Below, piece by piece: positions 35,641 through 45,275 of a stretch of DNA of 46,733 bases. Numbering within the stretch: the first letter of the stretch is position 1; each line of letters begins with the position of its first letter. The stretch comes from a virus. Under the pieces are notes generated by a model that worked only from the letters and a program-made list of their open reading frames with translations, ran no database searches and had not been told where the DNA came from. The position numbers and the translations under genes were made by a program. The stretch lies in the UHGV virus genome UHGV-0157529; one strand, 5' to 3'.

Positions 35641-35780
35641 AGATAGATAGGACTGCCGGGGCCCCTCTCTCTGTCGATGGGCGACAGAGAGGGCCCATCC
35701 CCGCGCGTGAAAGAGGACTGGTGCCGGGCAACGTGCCGTGATATACTAACGGTGAGATATAGAGATAACGAGGACCAAAC

Positions 35781-37337
35781 GTGGAAGAGAAGAACATACT
35801 ACGATTCGCGCAGCTGTTTCGTGGGAACGAACGCTCATTCGGGCAGTTCACGCCCAACGCACCGAGTTCGCGCCACAGTATCACCGTGAAGGAGGCGTAC
35901 ACCTTCGATCATTACGTGAACCACCTCGACGGCAAGAAGGGCCTCGGTCTAGTGCCCATCATGGACGACGGATTCTGTTGGTTCGGGGCTATAGATATCG
36001 ACGCGCATGGTGACGCCGAGGATATCGACCTTATCGAGCTAGAGAGGCTGGTACGCGAACTCGACTACCCGTTGACTGTGTGCCGCTCCAAGTCAGGCGG
36101 TGCCCACCTCTACCTGTTCGGCAACGAGCCGCTCCGGGCGACTGTGGTGCGTAAGGTGCTGGCCAAATGGGCGGTGCAGCTAGGGCACGGCGGGTGCGAG
36201 ATATTCCCGAAGCAGGACGTGTTGCCCATCGAAAAGGACACGGGCGAGCAGCAACTAGGCAACTGGTTGAATTTGTGCTGGTTCGATGCCGAGAACCCCG
36301 AGTGTCTACGCTACACCGTGGAGGGCGGAAAGCAGGTAGACTTCGAGCATTTCCTCGATATCGCTGAATCACGCCGCATCACCCCGGCCATGCTGGTGGA
36401 GAAGGGCGACGGCGAGCATCAGGAGGCCCCGCCGTGCATCCAGCGCATGATAGCTGACGGCGTCGGCAAGGGCCACCGCAACGAAGCCATGTACAACATG
36501 GTCATCTACCTCAAACAGGCTTTCCCGGAGACCTACCGTGACCGGGCGTTCGACATGAATGGGCGTATCTTCACCGAGCCGATGAGCCACGCCGAAGCCA
36601 AAAAGGTCATCAACAGTGCCTCCCGTCGCGACTACCGATACAAGTGCAAGGAAGAACCCTGTAAGAGCCTGTGCCGCTCGTTCGAGTGCGTGACCCGTAA
36701 GTATGGCATCACACCGGAGGAGAAAGGCGAGCTTGAGATGGGTAAGCCGCCAGCGTTCGGACCACTGGAAAAGTACATGACCACGCCCGTGCGGTGGGTG
36801 CTGTACGTGGACGAGGTCCGGCTCAACCTGACCACCCAACAGCTGATGGACTTCAAGGCTATCCGTGAGGCCGTCGCCGACAACCTGACCCGCCTGATAC
36901 CGCCGATGAAGAACGATCGCTGGCAGGTGATATTGCATGGGCTTATGCAGGATGCCAAGTTAATCGAGGCTCCGGAGGAGGCCACACAGGAGGGCGCACT
37001 GTGGTCCCGACTGCAGAGCTTCCTTGCCAAGGCGGACCTCGATTCCAAGGGCGACGACCCCGAGGACCGCGACGCGCTCGCGTACGGGACACCAGTGGTG
37101 CAGATTAAGGACGACAGGCGTGTGGTCTACTTCCGTGGCCAAGACTTCCTCGAATACCTCAAGAAGAACCGCGCCGATGAGTTCAAGGGTTCGGCGGTAT
37201 GGGTGGCCCTCAAGCAGAAAGGGTGCGAGCACACCAAGCTACGCGTCAACAAGATGCCCCTCAATGTATGGTACGTGTCGGTCGATGACCTGACCCGTGT
37301 AGAGATTAAAGCTAAAGAAGTAAGGAGTGAATTCTGA
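35781..37337 (+). CDS. bifunctional primase-polymerase (AEP Prim-Pol domain plus PriCT-1 domain); GTG start
   Basis: IDIDAH and SKSGGAHLYLF match the AEP motifs, and GKGHRNEAMYNMVIYL matches PriCT-1. Confidence 0.8.
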   Translation: MEEKNILRFAQLFRGNERSFGQFTPNAPSSRHSITVKEAYTFDHYVNHLDGKKGLGLVPIMDDGFCWFGAIDIDAHGDAEDIDLIELERLVRELDYPLTVCRSKSGGAHLYLFGNEPLRATVVRKVLAKWAVQLGHGGCEIFPKQDVLPIEKDTGEQQLGNWLNLCWFDAENPECLRYTVEGGKQVDFEHFLDIAESRRITPAMLVEKGDGEHQEAPPCIQRMIADGVGKGHRNEAMYNMVIYLKQAFPETYRDRAFDMNGRIFTEPMSHAEAKKVINSASRRDYRYKCKEEPCKSLCRSFECVTRKYGITPEEKGELEMGKPPAFGPLEKYMTTPVRWVLYVDEVRLNLTTQQLMDFKAIREAVADNLTRLIPPMKNDRWQVILHGLMQDAKLIEAPEEATQEGALWSRLQSFLAKADLDSKGDDPEDRDALAYGTPVVQIKDDRRVVYFRGQDFLEYLKKNRADEFKGSAVWVALKQKGCEHTKLRVNKMPLNVWYVSVDDLTRVEIKAKEVRSEF

Positions 37338-39172
37338 TGTGGGACTTCGCCGTCAAACCGCGCCCCGGTGCGTACATGAATGTAACGATGAACGATAACA
37401 CCGGACGCATGCATATCGAGGCGTCCATCTCGTATAACGACCTAATCCGGGCTTTCCCTAACCGCAAGTTCGAGAAACGCCGCAGCATATGGGTAGTACC
37501 CATTATCCGCCGCAACGCCGAACACTTGCTCAACAACTGCAAGGGAAAGCCGGGCGTCAACATCGCCGAGGATGTAGAGGACCACTGCCGTCAGGTCATC
37601 GAGTCGGCCACCATCACCCGCCGTGAGGTGCTGCCTACGTGGTATGAGTTCAAAACAGAGCCGTTCCCGTTCCAGCGCGACGCGCTCGATTTCGCGTGGT
37701 CATCGCCGCTGGTGGCGTTCTTCATGGAGATGGGGACCGGGAAGTCCAAGACCCTCATCGACCTCGCCTGCGCCAGATTCAAGGCCCGGCTCATTAACGC
37801 CCTCATAGTCTACTGCCCGGTGCCGCTCCGGTCCAACTGGGTGGCCGAATTCGGCATCCATGGCTCGGTCCCGTATGAGACGTTCGTCTGCGACACGACC
37901 ATGAGCGGCTTCGAGAAGAAGGTAAAGGCGTTCAACGACGCTGACTTTGGGTATAACAAGCTTAAGGTATTCATCGTCGGCATCGAGTCATTCAGTCAGG
38001 GCATGAGTAAGGGCAAGGCGTTCGGGGCCACCATGCAATTTGCCCGATCGCATCAGGCCATGCAAGCGGTGGATGAATCCCACAAGATTAAAGGCCACGA
38101 CGCATCACGTGCTATCAACGTCGAGGTGCTGGGCCGCGAGGCCAAGTATAAGGCCATCATGTCCGGGTCTCCGGTGTCGCTAGGGCCCACCGACCTATAT
38201 CAGCAGTTCCAGTTCCTTTCCCCGGACATCATCGGTCTAGGCGACTTCTATAGTTTCCAAGCCCGGTATTGTGAGAAGGGCGGGTTCCAGAACAAGCAGA
38301 CGGTAGGGTATCAGAACATCGATGAGCTGATGGAGATAATTAAGCCGTTCGTGTTCCAAGTCAAGAAGGAAGACGTATTGACCGACCTCCCGGCCAAGAT
38401 GTTCACCAAGGTAGAGGTAGAACTTACCAAGGAGCAGAAGGACTTATACGCCCAAATCAAGAAAGAGCGCTGCGCCGACCTATCAAAACTGCTGGCCTCC
38501 CGCAACGGGGCCATTACTGAGTCGTTCATCGAGCTGGTCTGCGAGAATGTGCTGGCCGCATATACCGCCCTGCAGCAGATTTGTGCCGGGTATGTGTCCT
38601 ATTGGGAGCTTGACGACCCGGAGGACGAGAACAGCAAGCGTCACCGTGAGCGAGTGCGTGTCATCGAGCCCGAGAAGAACCCGAAGATTGCCTATCTGCT
38701 GGAGTTCATCGAGGAGAACAAGGGCCACCCGCTTATCATCTGGGCCAAGTTCCGCCCGGAGATAGCCGACATCGTGGAGGCGCTCACTGCCCGGTACGGG
38801 GAGGACATGGTCTGCCAGTATCACGGGGGTCTCAACCCGGCGGAGCGAGACGAGCAAAAGGCCAAGTTCCTCAACACCGATGCCCAGTTCTTTGTCTCCA
38901 ACCAGCAGACCGGGGGCACGGGCCTGACCCTGAACAAGGCAAGCCGCACGTTCTATATGTCTAACAGTTTCATTCTGGTGGACCGTATGCAGTCGGAAGA
39001 CCGAAACCACCGAATCGGCCAGAAAAACTCCGTTCTGTATGCTGATGTGGTGGCCAAGGGTACGGTAGACGAGACCATCCTGCAAGCCATCCGCGATAAG
39101 AAGGACCTCGCGGCATATGTGCGGGATTGTATGGAGCGCTCCCCTGCTGAACTGTTGGCGCTGTTGGGATAG
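37337..39172 (+). CDS. SF2 helicase (SNF2/DEAD-DEAH box family)
   Basis: MEMGTGKSKT (motif I), DESHKIK (motif II) and QSEDRNHRIGQ (motif VI). Confidence 0.8.
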   Translation: MWDFAVKPRPGAYMNVTMNDNTGRMHIEASISYNDLIRAFPNRKFEKRRSIWVVPIIRRNAEHLLNNCKGKPGVNIAEDVEDHCRQVIESATITRREVLPTWYEFKTEPFPFQRDALDFAWSSPLVAFFMEMGTGKSKTLIDLACARFKARLINALIVYCPVPLRSNWVAEFGIHGSVPYETFVCDTTMSGFEKKVKAFNDADFGYNKLKVFIVGIESFSQGMSKGKAFGATMQFARSHQAMQAVDESHKIKGHDASRAINVEVLGREAKYKAIMSGSPVSLGPTDLYQQFQFLSPDIIGLGDFYSFQARYCEKGGFQNKQTVGYQNIDELMEIIKPFVFQVKKEDVLTDLPAKMFTKVEVELTKEQKDLYAQIKKERCADLSKLLASRNGAITESFIELVCENVLAAYTALQQICAGYVSYWELDDPEDENSKRHRERVRVIEPEKNPKIAYLLEFIEENKGHPLIIWAKFRPEIADIVEALTARYGEDMVCQYHGGLNPAERDEQKAKFLNTDAQFFVSNQQTGGTGLTLNKASRTFYMSNSFILVDRMQSEDRNHRIGQKNSVLYADVVAKGTVDETILQAIRDKKDLAAYVRDCMERSPAELLALLG

Positions 39173-39198
39173 ACAACGGGGGCCCGGTGTGATATACT
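39170..39198 (+). promoter_or_regulatory. promoter cassette P10 (TAGACA-17-TGaTATACT). The -10 is bracketed by the GGGCCC...GGGCCC palindrome (39182-39205); leader CAGGAGATAAGAGATG.
   Basis: Same architecture as P5. Confidence 0.55.
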
Positions 39199-39225
39199 GG
39201 GCCCCTACAATACAGGAGATAAGAG

Positions 39226-39603
39226 ATGACCGATAAACAGCCTAAAGTTTTCGTCGTACAGGAAAACCCGAACCTCAACTACACACCTGCTGAGCGCTAC
39301 GGCGAGGTTGTTTTTCTGACAGCCATCGAATTCAGCCCGATGAAGAACAGCCCACGCAACGCGGCAGTGCTGGAGACCGTCGAGGCGGCAATGAAGCGTT
39401 TCGACCCGAGCAAGGACTACCTCCTGCTGTCGGGCAACCCTATCATCATGGGTTATGTGTTCCACCTCGCCATGACCAAGGCCACAGAGGTCCGTGTGCT
39501 GTGGTGGTCCCGCGATGACCGCAAATACACCGAGGTCCTGTTCAACCCGGACTTCATCAAATCGGTCGGTATCCCGGCCATCCCCGTGACATACAAAAAG
39601 TGA
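39226..39603 (+). CDS. hypothetical protein
   Basis: First gene downstream of P10. Confidence 0.55.
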   Translation: MTDKQPKVFVVQENPNLNYTPAERYGEVVFLTAIEFSPMKNSPRNAAVLETVEAAMKRFDPSKDYLLLSGNPIIMGYVFHLAMTKATEVRVLWWSRDDRKYTEVLFNPDFIKSVGIPAIPVTYKK

Positions 39604-39611
39604 GATTAGAG

Positions 39612-40142
39612 ATGACAGAGCAAACCGTAGATAGAGCAGCGCCAGCGGATAACAGCGTACTGGCCCAGATTGGCCGCACCTCCGAGCAGCTACGCCAGCT
39701 ATGCGAAATGTATCAGGTCGACGCGGTGGCGGACAAGATGCGTACCGCCGACCTCAAGACGCTGGCCATGATTCACCAGAACCTCAATGAACTGACAGAC
39801 CACATCGACGAAAGCCGCAAGATGCTGTCCAAGACATATGACTGGCTGCGTCACAGCCTTATGATTGACAAGATGGATGAGGCCGGACTCGAAGCATTCA
39901 GCGTTCCGGGCGTCGGTCGCGTCTACATCCAGTCAAGTCTGAACGCCTCGATTAAGGCCGGGGCGAAAGACGGCGCATATCTGTGGCTGCAGGACCACGG
40001 CCACGGAGACTTGATTCAGGAGACGGTCAATTCATCCAGTCTCAAGGCTCTGGCCAGAACCAAGCTGGCGGATAACGACCCGCTCCCGGCTGAGCTGTTC
40101 AACGTGTCGCCCAAGCAGTTCGCCGTCATCCAGAAGAAGTGA
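39612..40142 (+). CDS. hypothetical protein
   Basis: Preceded by GTGAGATTAGAGATG. Confidence 0.5.
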   Translation: MTEQTVDRAAPADNSVLAQIGRTSEQLRQLCEMYQVDAVADKMRTADLKTLAMIHQNLNELTDHIDESRKMLSKTYDWLRHSLMIDKMDEAGLEAFSVPGVGRVYIQSSLNASIKAGAKDGAYLWLQDHGHGDLIQETVNSSSLKALARTKLADNDPLPAELFNVSPKQFAVIQKK

Positions 40143-40164
40143 CCCGTTGGGGCAAAAGGCAATA

Positions 40165-40193
40165 TTGTACGCCCGGCCCTGATATGATAGAAT
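40165..40193 (+). promoter_or_regulatory. promoter cassette P12 (TTGTAC-17-TGaTAGAAT) plus hairpin GGCGGGGTGGTCCCGCC; the leader shares AACAGAGCAACC with P1
   Basis: A diverged copy of the P1 cassette. Confidence 0.5.
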
Positions 40194-40251
40194 GAAGTTT
40201 CTGGCGGGGTGGTCCCGCCGACAACCAACAGAGCAACCAGAGGATTTAATC

Positions 40252-40524
40252 ATGGAAAAAGCTACCAAACTGACCATCGTACTGCAGCCGACCAACGTCG
40301 AAGCGTTCAAAAACCGCTCTATCGCTGATTCCGGCGTGCTGGAACTGGCGGCTAAGGTCGTCGAAGCTGGTCAGGAGCATGGCTTTGGCACTGCGTCCGC
40401 ACCGACCATCTTTAAGGTGAACGGTGAGAAGGTGAAAGCGTACACCAATAAAGGCGGCGATGTCACTGTGGCGCTGACTGGCATTCACGCCGAGCCGCCG
40501 AAAAACGCGCCGATCGAGCTGTAA
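40252..40524 (+). CDS. hypothetical protein
   Basis: GAGG SD; 91 aa. Confidence 0.5.
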   Translation: MEKATKLTIVLQPTNVEAFKNRSIADSGVLELAAKVVEAGQEHGFGTASAPTIFKVNGEKVKAYTNKGGDVTVALTGIHAEPPKNAPIEL

Positions 40525-40623
40525 TGCTGGTGGGGGCCTTGTAGGGGCCCCCTAAAAATACCCTACTAGAATCGTGAATCAAGAACCACCCCCCGTGCAA
40601 TCGCACTAATCAATAGATGAGAG

Positions 40624-41394
40624 ATGAACAACATGGCTAAGAAAGATACCGCAGTAGCTACCACCGCAGGTTTCGACGTATCTACCCTGTCCGCAGGTGC
40701 TGTTCCTGACTTCCTTAAGGACAAGATGGGCGAAGGTCGCGGCAACGAAGGCGTATCCTCCGATGACATGACAGTGCCGCGCCTCGAACTGGTGCAGTCC
40801 CTGTCCGAAGTCCGCAAAAAGGCATCCCCGAATTATATCGAAGGCATCCAAGAGGGTGACCTCTACAACAACGTGACTCGCGAAGTGTACGGCGAATCGG
40901 TGTTGTTCGTCCCGGTGACGTTTGTCAAGGAATACCTGCTGTGGCGCGACCAGAAGCAGGGCGGCGGTTTCGGCGGCTCCTTTGCGACCGCAGAAGAAGC
41001 CGAAGGCGTACGCTCCACCATGGAGAAGCCGGAAGAGTGGGAAGTGGTGGACACCCCGCAGCACTTCGGTCTTATCATCTCCGAGTCCACTGGCCAAATC
41101 ACCGAAGCTGTGGTATCCATGGCCAAGTCCAAGGCCCGTGTCTCGCGCAAGTTCAACAGCCTCGTGCGCCTGAACGGAGGCGACCGTTTCTCTCGCATCT
41201 ACCGCATCCGTGGCGTGAGCGACCAGAACAAGGCCGGGCAGGACTTCTTTAACCTCGCCATCGACCCGGTGGCATTCGTCAACGAAGCGCTCTATCGCCG
41301 TGCTGAGAAGTTCTACGACCTGCTGATGTCTGGTAAGGTGGTGGCTGACCGCACGTTCGATGGTGAGACCGTCGAAGACAGCGAAGACATGTAA
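40624..41394 (+). CDS. putative ssDNA-binding / annealing protein with an acidic C-terminus (alternative start at 40634)
   Basis: Preceded by the GAGAGATG leader variant. The C-terminus is DGETVEDSEDM. Confidence 0.35.
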   Translation: MNNMAKKDTAVATTAGFDVSTLSAGAVPDFLKDKMGEGRGNEGVSSDDMTVPRLELVQSLSEVRKKASPNYIEGIQEGDLYNNVTREVYGESVLFVPVTFVKEYLLWRDQKQGGGFGGSFATAEEAEGVRSTMEKPEEWEVVDTPQHFGLIISESTGQITEAVVSMAKSKARVSRKFNSLVRLNGGDRFSRIYRIRGVSDQNKAGQDFFNLAIDPVAFVNEALYRRAEKFYDLLMSGKVVADRTFDGETVEDSEDM

Positions 41395-41464
41395 GGCAGT
41401 ACCAGCGGGACTAATGACCCCCTTCGGCCCCGGAAACGGGGCCGCTACTTAAGAGAGATACAAT

Positions 41465-42940
41465 ATGAACCAATACGTAGCTATCTACGGACCTCCGGGT
41501 ACAGGTAAATCCACCGAGGTTATCCGCCGCTTCTCCAAACTCCTCGACGACGGCGTGGACCCGAACCGCATCGGGTTGGTTTCATTCACCAAGGCCGCAG
41601 CCAAAGAGCTGGCCAACCGCATCGGCATCGACACCCCCAACATCGCCACCATCCACAGCTACTGCTACCGACTTCTGGGCCTGACCAAGCAACAGGTCAT
41701 CGGCTGGTCACACATGAAAGAGTTCGAGAAGGTGGTGGGCATCGAAATCCGTGGCGACAACCCGGACGAAGAGGAAGAACTCTGCGAGGGTGACATCTAC
41801 CTGACCCTGTACGGACTCGCGCATGCTCGTATGACCTCATACGAGGATACCTACGATAACTCGGACCAGCCCGGCTCCCGTGACCGCTTCATCTATTTCG
41901 CACAAACCTATGACAACTGGAAAAACGCATATGGCTACGTTGACTTCTCGGATATGCTTGGCGGCGCTCTTGACGTCCCTGCTCCTCGGCTCGATTGGCT
42001 GTTCGTCGACGAAGCCCAAGACCTCTCCCCTCTACAATGGGCGGTTATTAGACATTGGTCGGGAGCTATTAACAACATCACCATCGCTGGCGACGATGAC
42101 CAAGCCATCTACGTATGGGGCGGGGCGGACCCGGACGGTATGTATCGTTTCGAGCAGGAGTATGGGGCCGAGCGCGTCGTACTCGGACAAAGTTATCGAG
42201 TGCCGCAACTAGCGCACAAGCTGGCCGAGCGTGTCATCACTCTGGTGTCATCACGTGTCGACAAAGAGTACCTGCCGCGTGACGAGGTCGGGGATATCCG
42301 CCACCACAGCGGCCCGCACTCGCTGCGGCTTGAGCACGGTGTCGACACTCTGGTGTTATACCGCAGCCACTATATGCGCAGAGAGGTTGAAGACTACCTC
42401 ATCCAGCGCAAAATCCCGTATGTCACCGATTCGGGCCGTCCGGGCCTAATGCAGGGGACCATCGCCGCCTCGTTGCGCCTCATGAAAAAGATGCGGGAGA
42501 ACATCGAGCACCTCGGCAAGCCAGCCCTGACCGACGCCGAGTTCCGCATCCTGCGCCGGAATATGACCCATCTGGCCATCGCCCACGTGGACGCGGAGAA
42601 GTGGGATAAGCTGGTGGAGCGCCGACCGTGGGACCATCTCAAGCTTGGCGGACCGTGGCTGGCCTATCTGCAAGCCATCGAGAAGAACTACGGTATGGAA
42701 GTCAAGCCGACCATCCACCTGTCCACCATCCATGGCTCAAAAGGCCGACAGGCCGAGCGGGTAGTGTTAATTAACGATGTTAGTGCTAAGACCGCCAGCA
42801 ACATGGATAACCGCGACGGCTTCGATGCCGAGATGCGTACCTTCTATGTTGGCGTCACCCGTACCAAGAACATGCTGGACATCGTCCACGGGGACAACGC
42901 CCTGCCTGTGCTGATGAAGCCCGTACATAAGGACAAATAA
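41465..42940 (+). CDS. UvrD/Rep-family SF1 DNA helicase
   Basis: GPPGTGKST (Walker A), DEAQDLSPLQ (motif II) and the UvrD-like C-terminal motifs. A 5' UTR hairpin with a GAAA tetraloop lies at 41426-41443. Confidence 0.8.
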   Translation: MNQYVAIYGPPGTGKSTEVIRRFSKLLDDGVDPNRIGLVSFTKAAAKELANRIGIDTPNIATIHSYCYRLLGLTKQQVIGWSHMKEFEKVVGIEIRGDNPDEEEELCEGDIYLTLYGLAHARMTSYEDTYDNSDQPGSRDRFIYFAQTYDNWKNAYGYVDFSDMLGGALDVPAPRLDWLFVDEAQDLSPLQWAVIRHWSGAINNITIAGDDDQAIYVWGGADPDGMYRFEQEYGAERVVLGQSYRVPQLAHKLAERVITLVSSRVDKEYLPRDEVGDIRHHSGPHSLRLEHGVDTLVLYRSHYMRREVEDYLIQRKIPYVTDSGRPGLMQGTIAASLRLMKKMRENIEHLGKPALTDAEFRILRRNMTHLAIAHVDAEKWDKLVERRPWDHLKLGGPWLAYLQAIEKNYGMEVKPTIHLSTIHGSKGRQAERVVLINDVSAKTASNMDNRDGFDAEMRTFYVGVTRTKNMLDIVHGDNALPVLMKPVHKDK

Positions 42941-42942
42941 CG

Positions 42943-44820
42943 ATGGCTATCTTTCCGAGATTAGAAAACTACGATGTGGTGGCTATCGATACCGAGACCA
43001 CCGGACTGGACTGGTTCCGTGGGGATAAGCCGTTCGGTGTAGCTATCGCCCTGCCTAATGGGTACAGTGAATATTACGATATCCGTAAGGACCTCGCTGC
43101 ATACCAGTGGCTCCGTGACTCGGTGCATAAGATTCGCCGCCCGGTAAACCACAACATGAAGTTCGATATCCACATGTTGCGTCAGGTGGACGTGATGGTC
43201 AACACCCGTAAGGCTGAGTGTACCCAAATCCGCGCGGCCCTCATCAACGAGCATCTGATGAGCTACAGCCTCGACGCTCTGGCCAAGAAATACCTCAAGG
43301 CCGAGAAGGTCGACGACATCTATGAGGAGCTGGCCAAGCTGTTCGGCGGCCCGGCCACTCGTAAGGCCCAAGCCCCGAACTTCCATCGTGCGCCCGAGTC
43401 CATGATGCGCCGCTATGCCAAGGTCGATGCCGAGTTAGCCCTGCAGCTATGGCAGTGGCAGGAGGAGGAAATCGCCCGTCAGGACCTCGGCGAGGTGTGG
43501 CGTCTTGAGATGCGCCTGCAGCCGCATGTCATCGAGTCAGAACGCGTAGGCATCAGGGTAGACGAGGAGCTGGCGAAGAAGCGTATCAGCGACCTCACCA
43601 AAATCGTGGACCAGACCAGAAAGGAAATCAACCGACTGGCTGGATTCGAGGTCAACCCAAACCCATCGGGGTCCATCAAAAAGCTGTTCGAGCCGTACAA
43701 AGAGGGTGATCAGTGGTATGCCAAGGATGGGACCCCAATCGACACGACCGACGCCGGACAGCCGTCGCTGGGGGCCGATGCCCTCAAGCGCATCAAGCAC
43801 CCAGCAGCTGGCCTTATTCTTAAGTGCCGCAAGATGATAAAGACCCGTGATACCTTTATCTCTGGCCACGTGTTGGGTAATATCGTAAATGGGTACGTGC
43901 ACCCGAACATCAACCAGACCAAGGGCGAGGTAGGCGGGGACAATTCCGGGACCGAGGGTACTGGCACTGGCCGCCTGTCGTATACACGCCCGGCCTTACA
44001 GCAAATCCCGTCACGCGACAAGGAGGTGGCAGCGCTGGTGCGGCCAATCTTCCTGCCCGATGAGGGCCAGCTGTGGACCTACGGCGACCTCGACCAGCAC
44101 GAATTCAGGATATTCGCCCACTACGCGAACCCGAAGAGCCTAATCGAAGCGTACGCCGCAAATCCGGACCTCGACATGCACCAAATCGTGGCCGACATGA
44201 CTGGGATGCCGCGCTCGGCCCCGGCATCGGGCGGTGCGAACGCCAAGCAAATCAACCTCGCTATGGTGTTTAACATGGGCGGTGGTGAGCTGGCGTCCCA
44301 AATGGGCCTCCCATATACATGGGAATCCGCAGTGTTCAAGGACGAGAACGAGGAGCGCCGATTCAAGAAGGCCGGAGAAGAGGCACTCGCGGTCATGGAG
44401 ACTTACTACCGGGCAGTACCGGGTGTGCGTGAGGTGGCTCGCCGGGCCGGGTCGCTGGCGAAGTCCCGAGGATACGTGAAGACCATGTACGGGCGCAAGA
44501 TACGCTTCCCCGGCGGCAAATTCACGTACAAGGCGTCCGGTCTGGTGTATCAGGGTACGGCTGCCGACTTCAACAAGCGCAACATCTGCGAGATAGCGGA
44601 GTATATCGAGTCCGAGTGCCCGCATAACCGCTTCCTCCTCAACATCCACGACGAATATAGTATGTCGATGATGGATGAGGGCGACATCACAGTGAAGCAC
44701 CTGCGCGAGATGAAGCGATTAGTGCAGGACAAGGGTCTGCGGGTCCCTATCCGCATCGACTTTGGGGGACTGGCCCCGAATTGGTGGGAAGCGACCAAGA
44801 TGGACGTCATCACCAAATGA
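42943..44820 (+). CDS. family A DNA polymerase with a 3'-5' exonuclease domain (DpoZ candidate if the genome carries Z-base)
   Basis: Exo I motif AIDTETTGL, motif A DLDQHEFRIFAHY, motif B ANAKQINLAMVFNMGGG, motif C NIHDE. Confidence 0.85.
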   Translation: MAIFPRLENYDVVAIDTETTGLDWFRGDKPFGVAIALPNGYSEYYDIRKDLAAYQWLRDSVHKIRRPVNHNMKFDIHMLRQVDVMVNTRKAECTQIRAALINEHLMSYSLDALAKKYLKAEKVDDIYEELAKLFGGPATRKAQAPNFHRAPESMMRRYAKVDAELALQLWQWQEEEIARQDLGEVWRLEMRLQPHVIESERVGIRVDEELAKKRISDLTKIVDQTRKEINRLAGFEVNPNPSGSIKKLFEPYKEGDQWYAKDGTPIDTTDAGQPSLGADALKRIKHPAAGLILKCRKMIKTRDTFISGHVLGNIVNGYVHPNINQTKGEVGGDNSGTEGTGTGRLSYTRPALQQIPSRDKEVAALVRPIFLPDEGQLWTYGDLDQHEFRIFAHYANPKSLIEAYAANPDLDMHQIVADMTGMPRSAPASGGANAKQINLAMVFNMGGGELASQMGLPYTWESAVFKDENEERRFKKAGEEALAVMETYYRAVPGVREVARRAGSLAKSRGYVKTMYGRKIRFPGGKFTYKASGLVYQGTAADFNKRNICEIAEYIESECPHNRFLLNIHDEYSMSMMDEGDITVKHLREMKRLVQDKGLRVPIRIDFGGLAPNWWEATKMDVITK

Positions 44821-44834
44821 GCAAAAAGGGCCCC

Positions 44835-44864
44835 TTGACCGGGGCCCCAACCGTATGGTATACT
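44835..44864 (+). promoter_or_regulatory. promoter cassette P13 (TTGACC-18-TGgTATACT). The -35 sits in the loop of the GGGCCCC...GGGGCCC palindrome (44828-44847); leader GGAGATAGAGAGATG.
   Basis: Read directly from the sequence. Confidence 0.55.
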
Positions 44865-44896
44865 ATTCCTTTACAGCACGAACCGGAGATAGAGAG

Positions 44897-45223
44897 ATGG
44901 CACAGTACGACAACACCAACCGTGGCGCGTTGTTTATCAACGACCGTAAGACGCCGGGCAGCAAGCAGCCCGACTACAAAGGCAGCATCAACATCGAAGG
45001 CGTCGAGTACTGGGTGTCCGGTTGGGTGAGAGACACGACACGCGGCGAAATCGTATCGATGTCAGTCGAGAGGAAAGAAGGAGGCCCGTCCCGTCCGCAG
45101 CAATCAGCCCCACGGGCCCAAGGCCCTCGCACACTCGGTGGCCACCGCAACCCGACCCCGAACGGCACAAGTCAGGCCCAGAGCGAGCCGCCGATGGACT
45201 TTGACGATGACATCCCATTCTGA
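44897..45223 (+). CDS. small SSB-like protein ending in the canonical SSB C-terminal tail DDDIPF
   Basis: The C-terminus MDFDDDIPF is identical to the gammaproteobacterial SSB tip; the rest is a Gly/Pro-rich disordered linker. Confidence 0.5.
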   Translation: MAQYDNTNRGALFINDRKTPGSKQPDYKGSINIEGVEYWVSGWVRDTTRGEIVSMSVERKEGGPSRPQQSAPRAQGPRTLGGHRNPTPNGTSQAQSEPPMDFDDDIPF

Positions 45224-45275
45224 GAGCGTCACCTATTCAGTAAACCGTACCTTTAATTAACGCAGGAGCAACACC

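Noticed and set aside
40533-40553. GC hairpins at 40532-40552, 22726-22741 and 3579-3594 considered as terminators
   Set aside because: No U-tract follows on the + strand. They are more likely mRNA structure or stability elements, and are noted only as hairpins.
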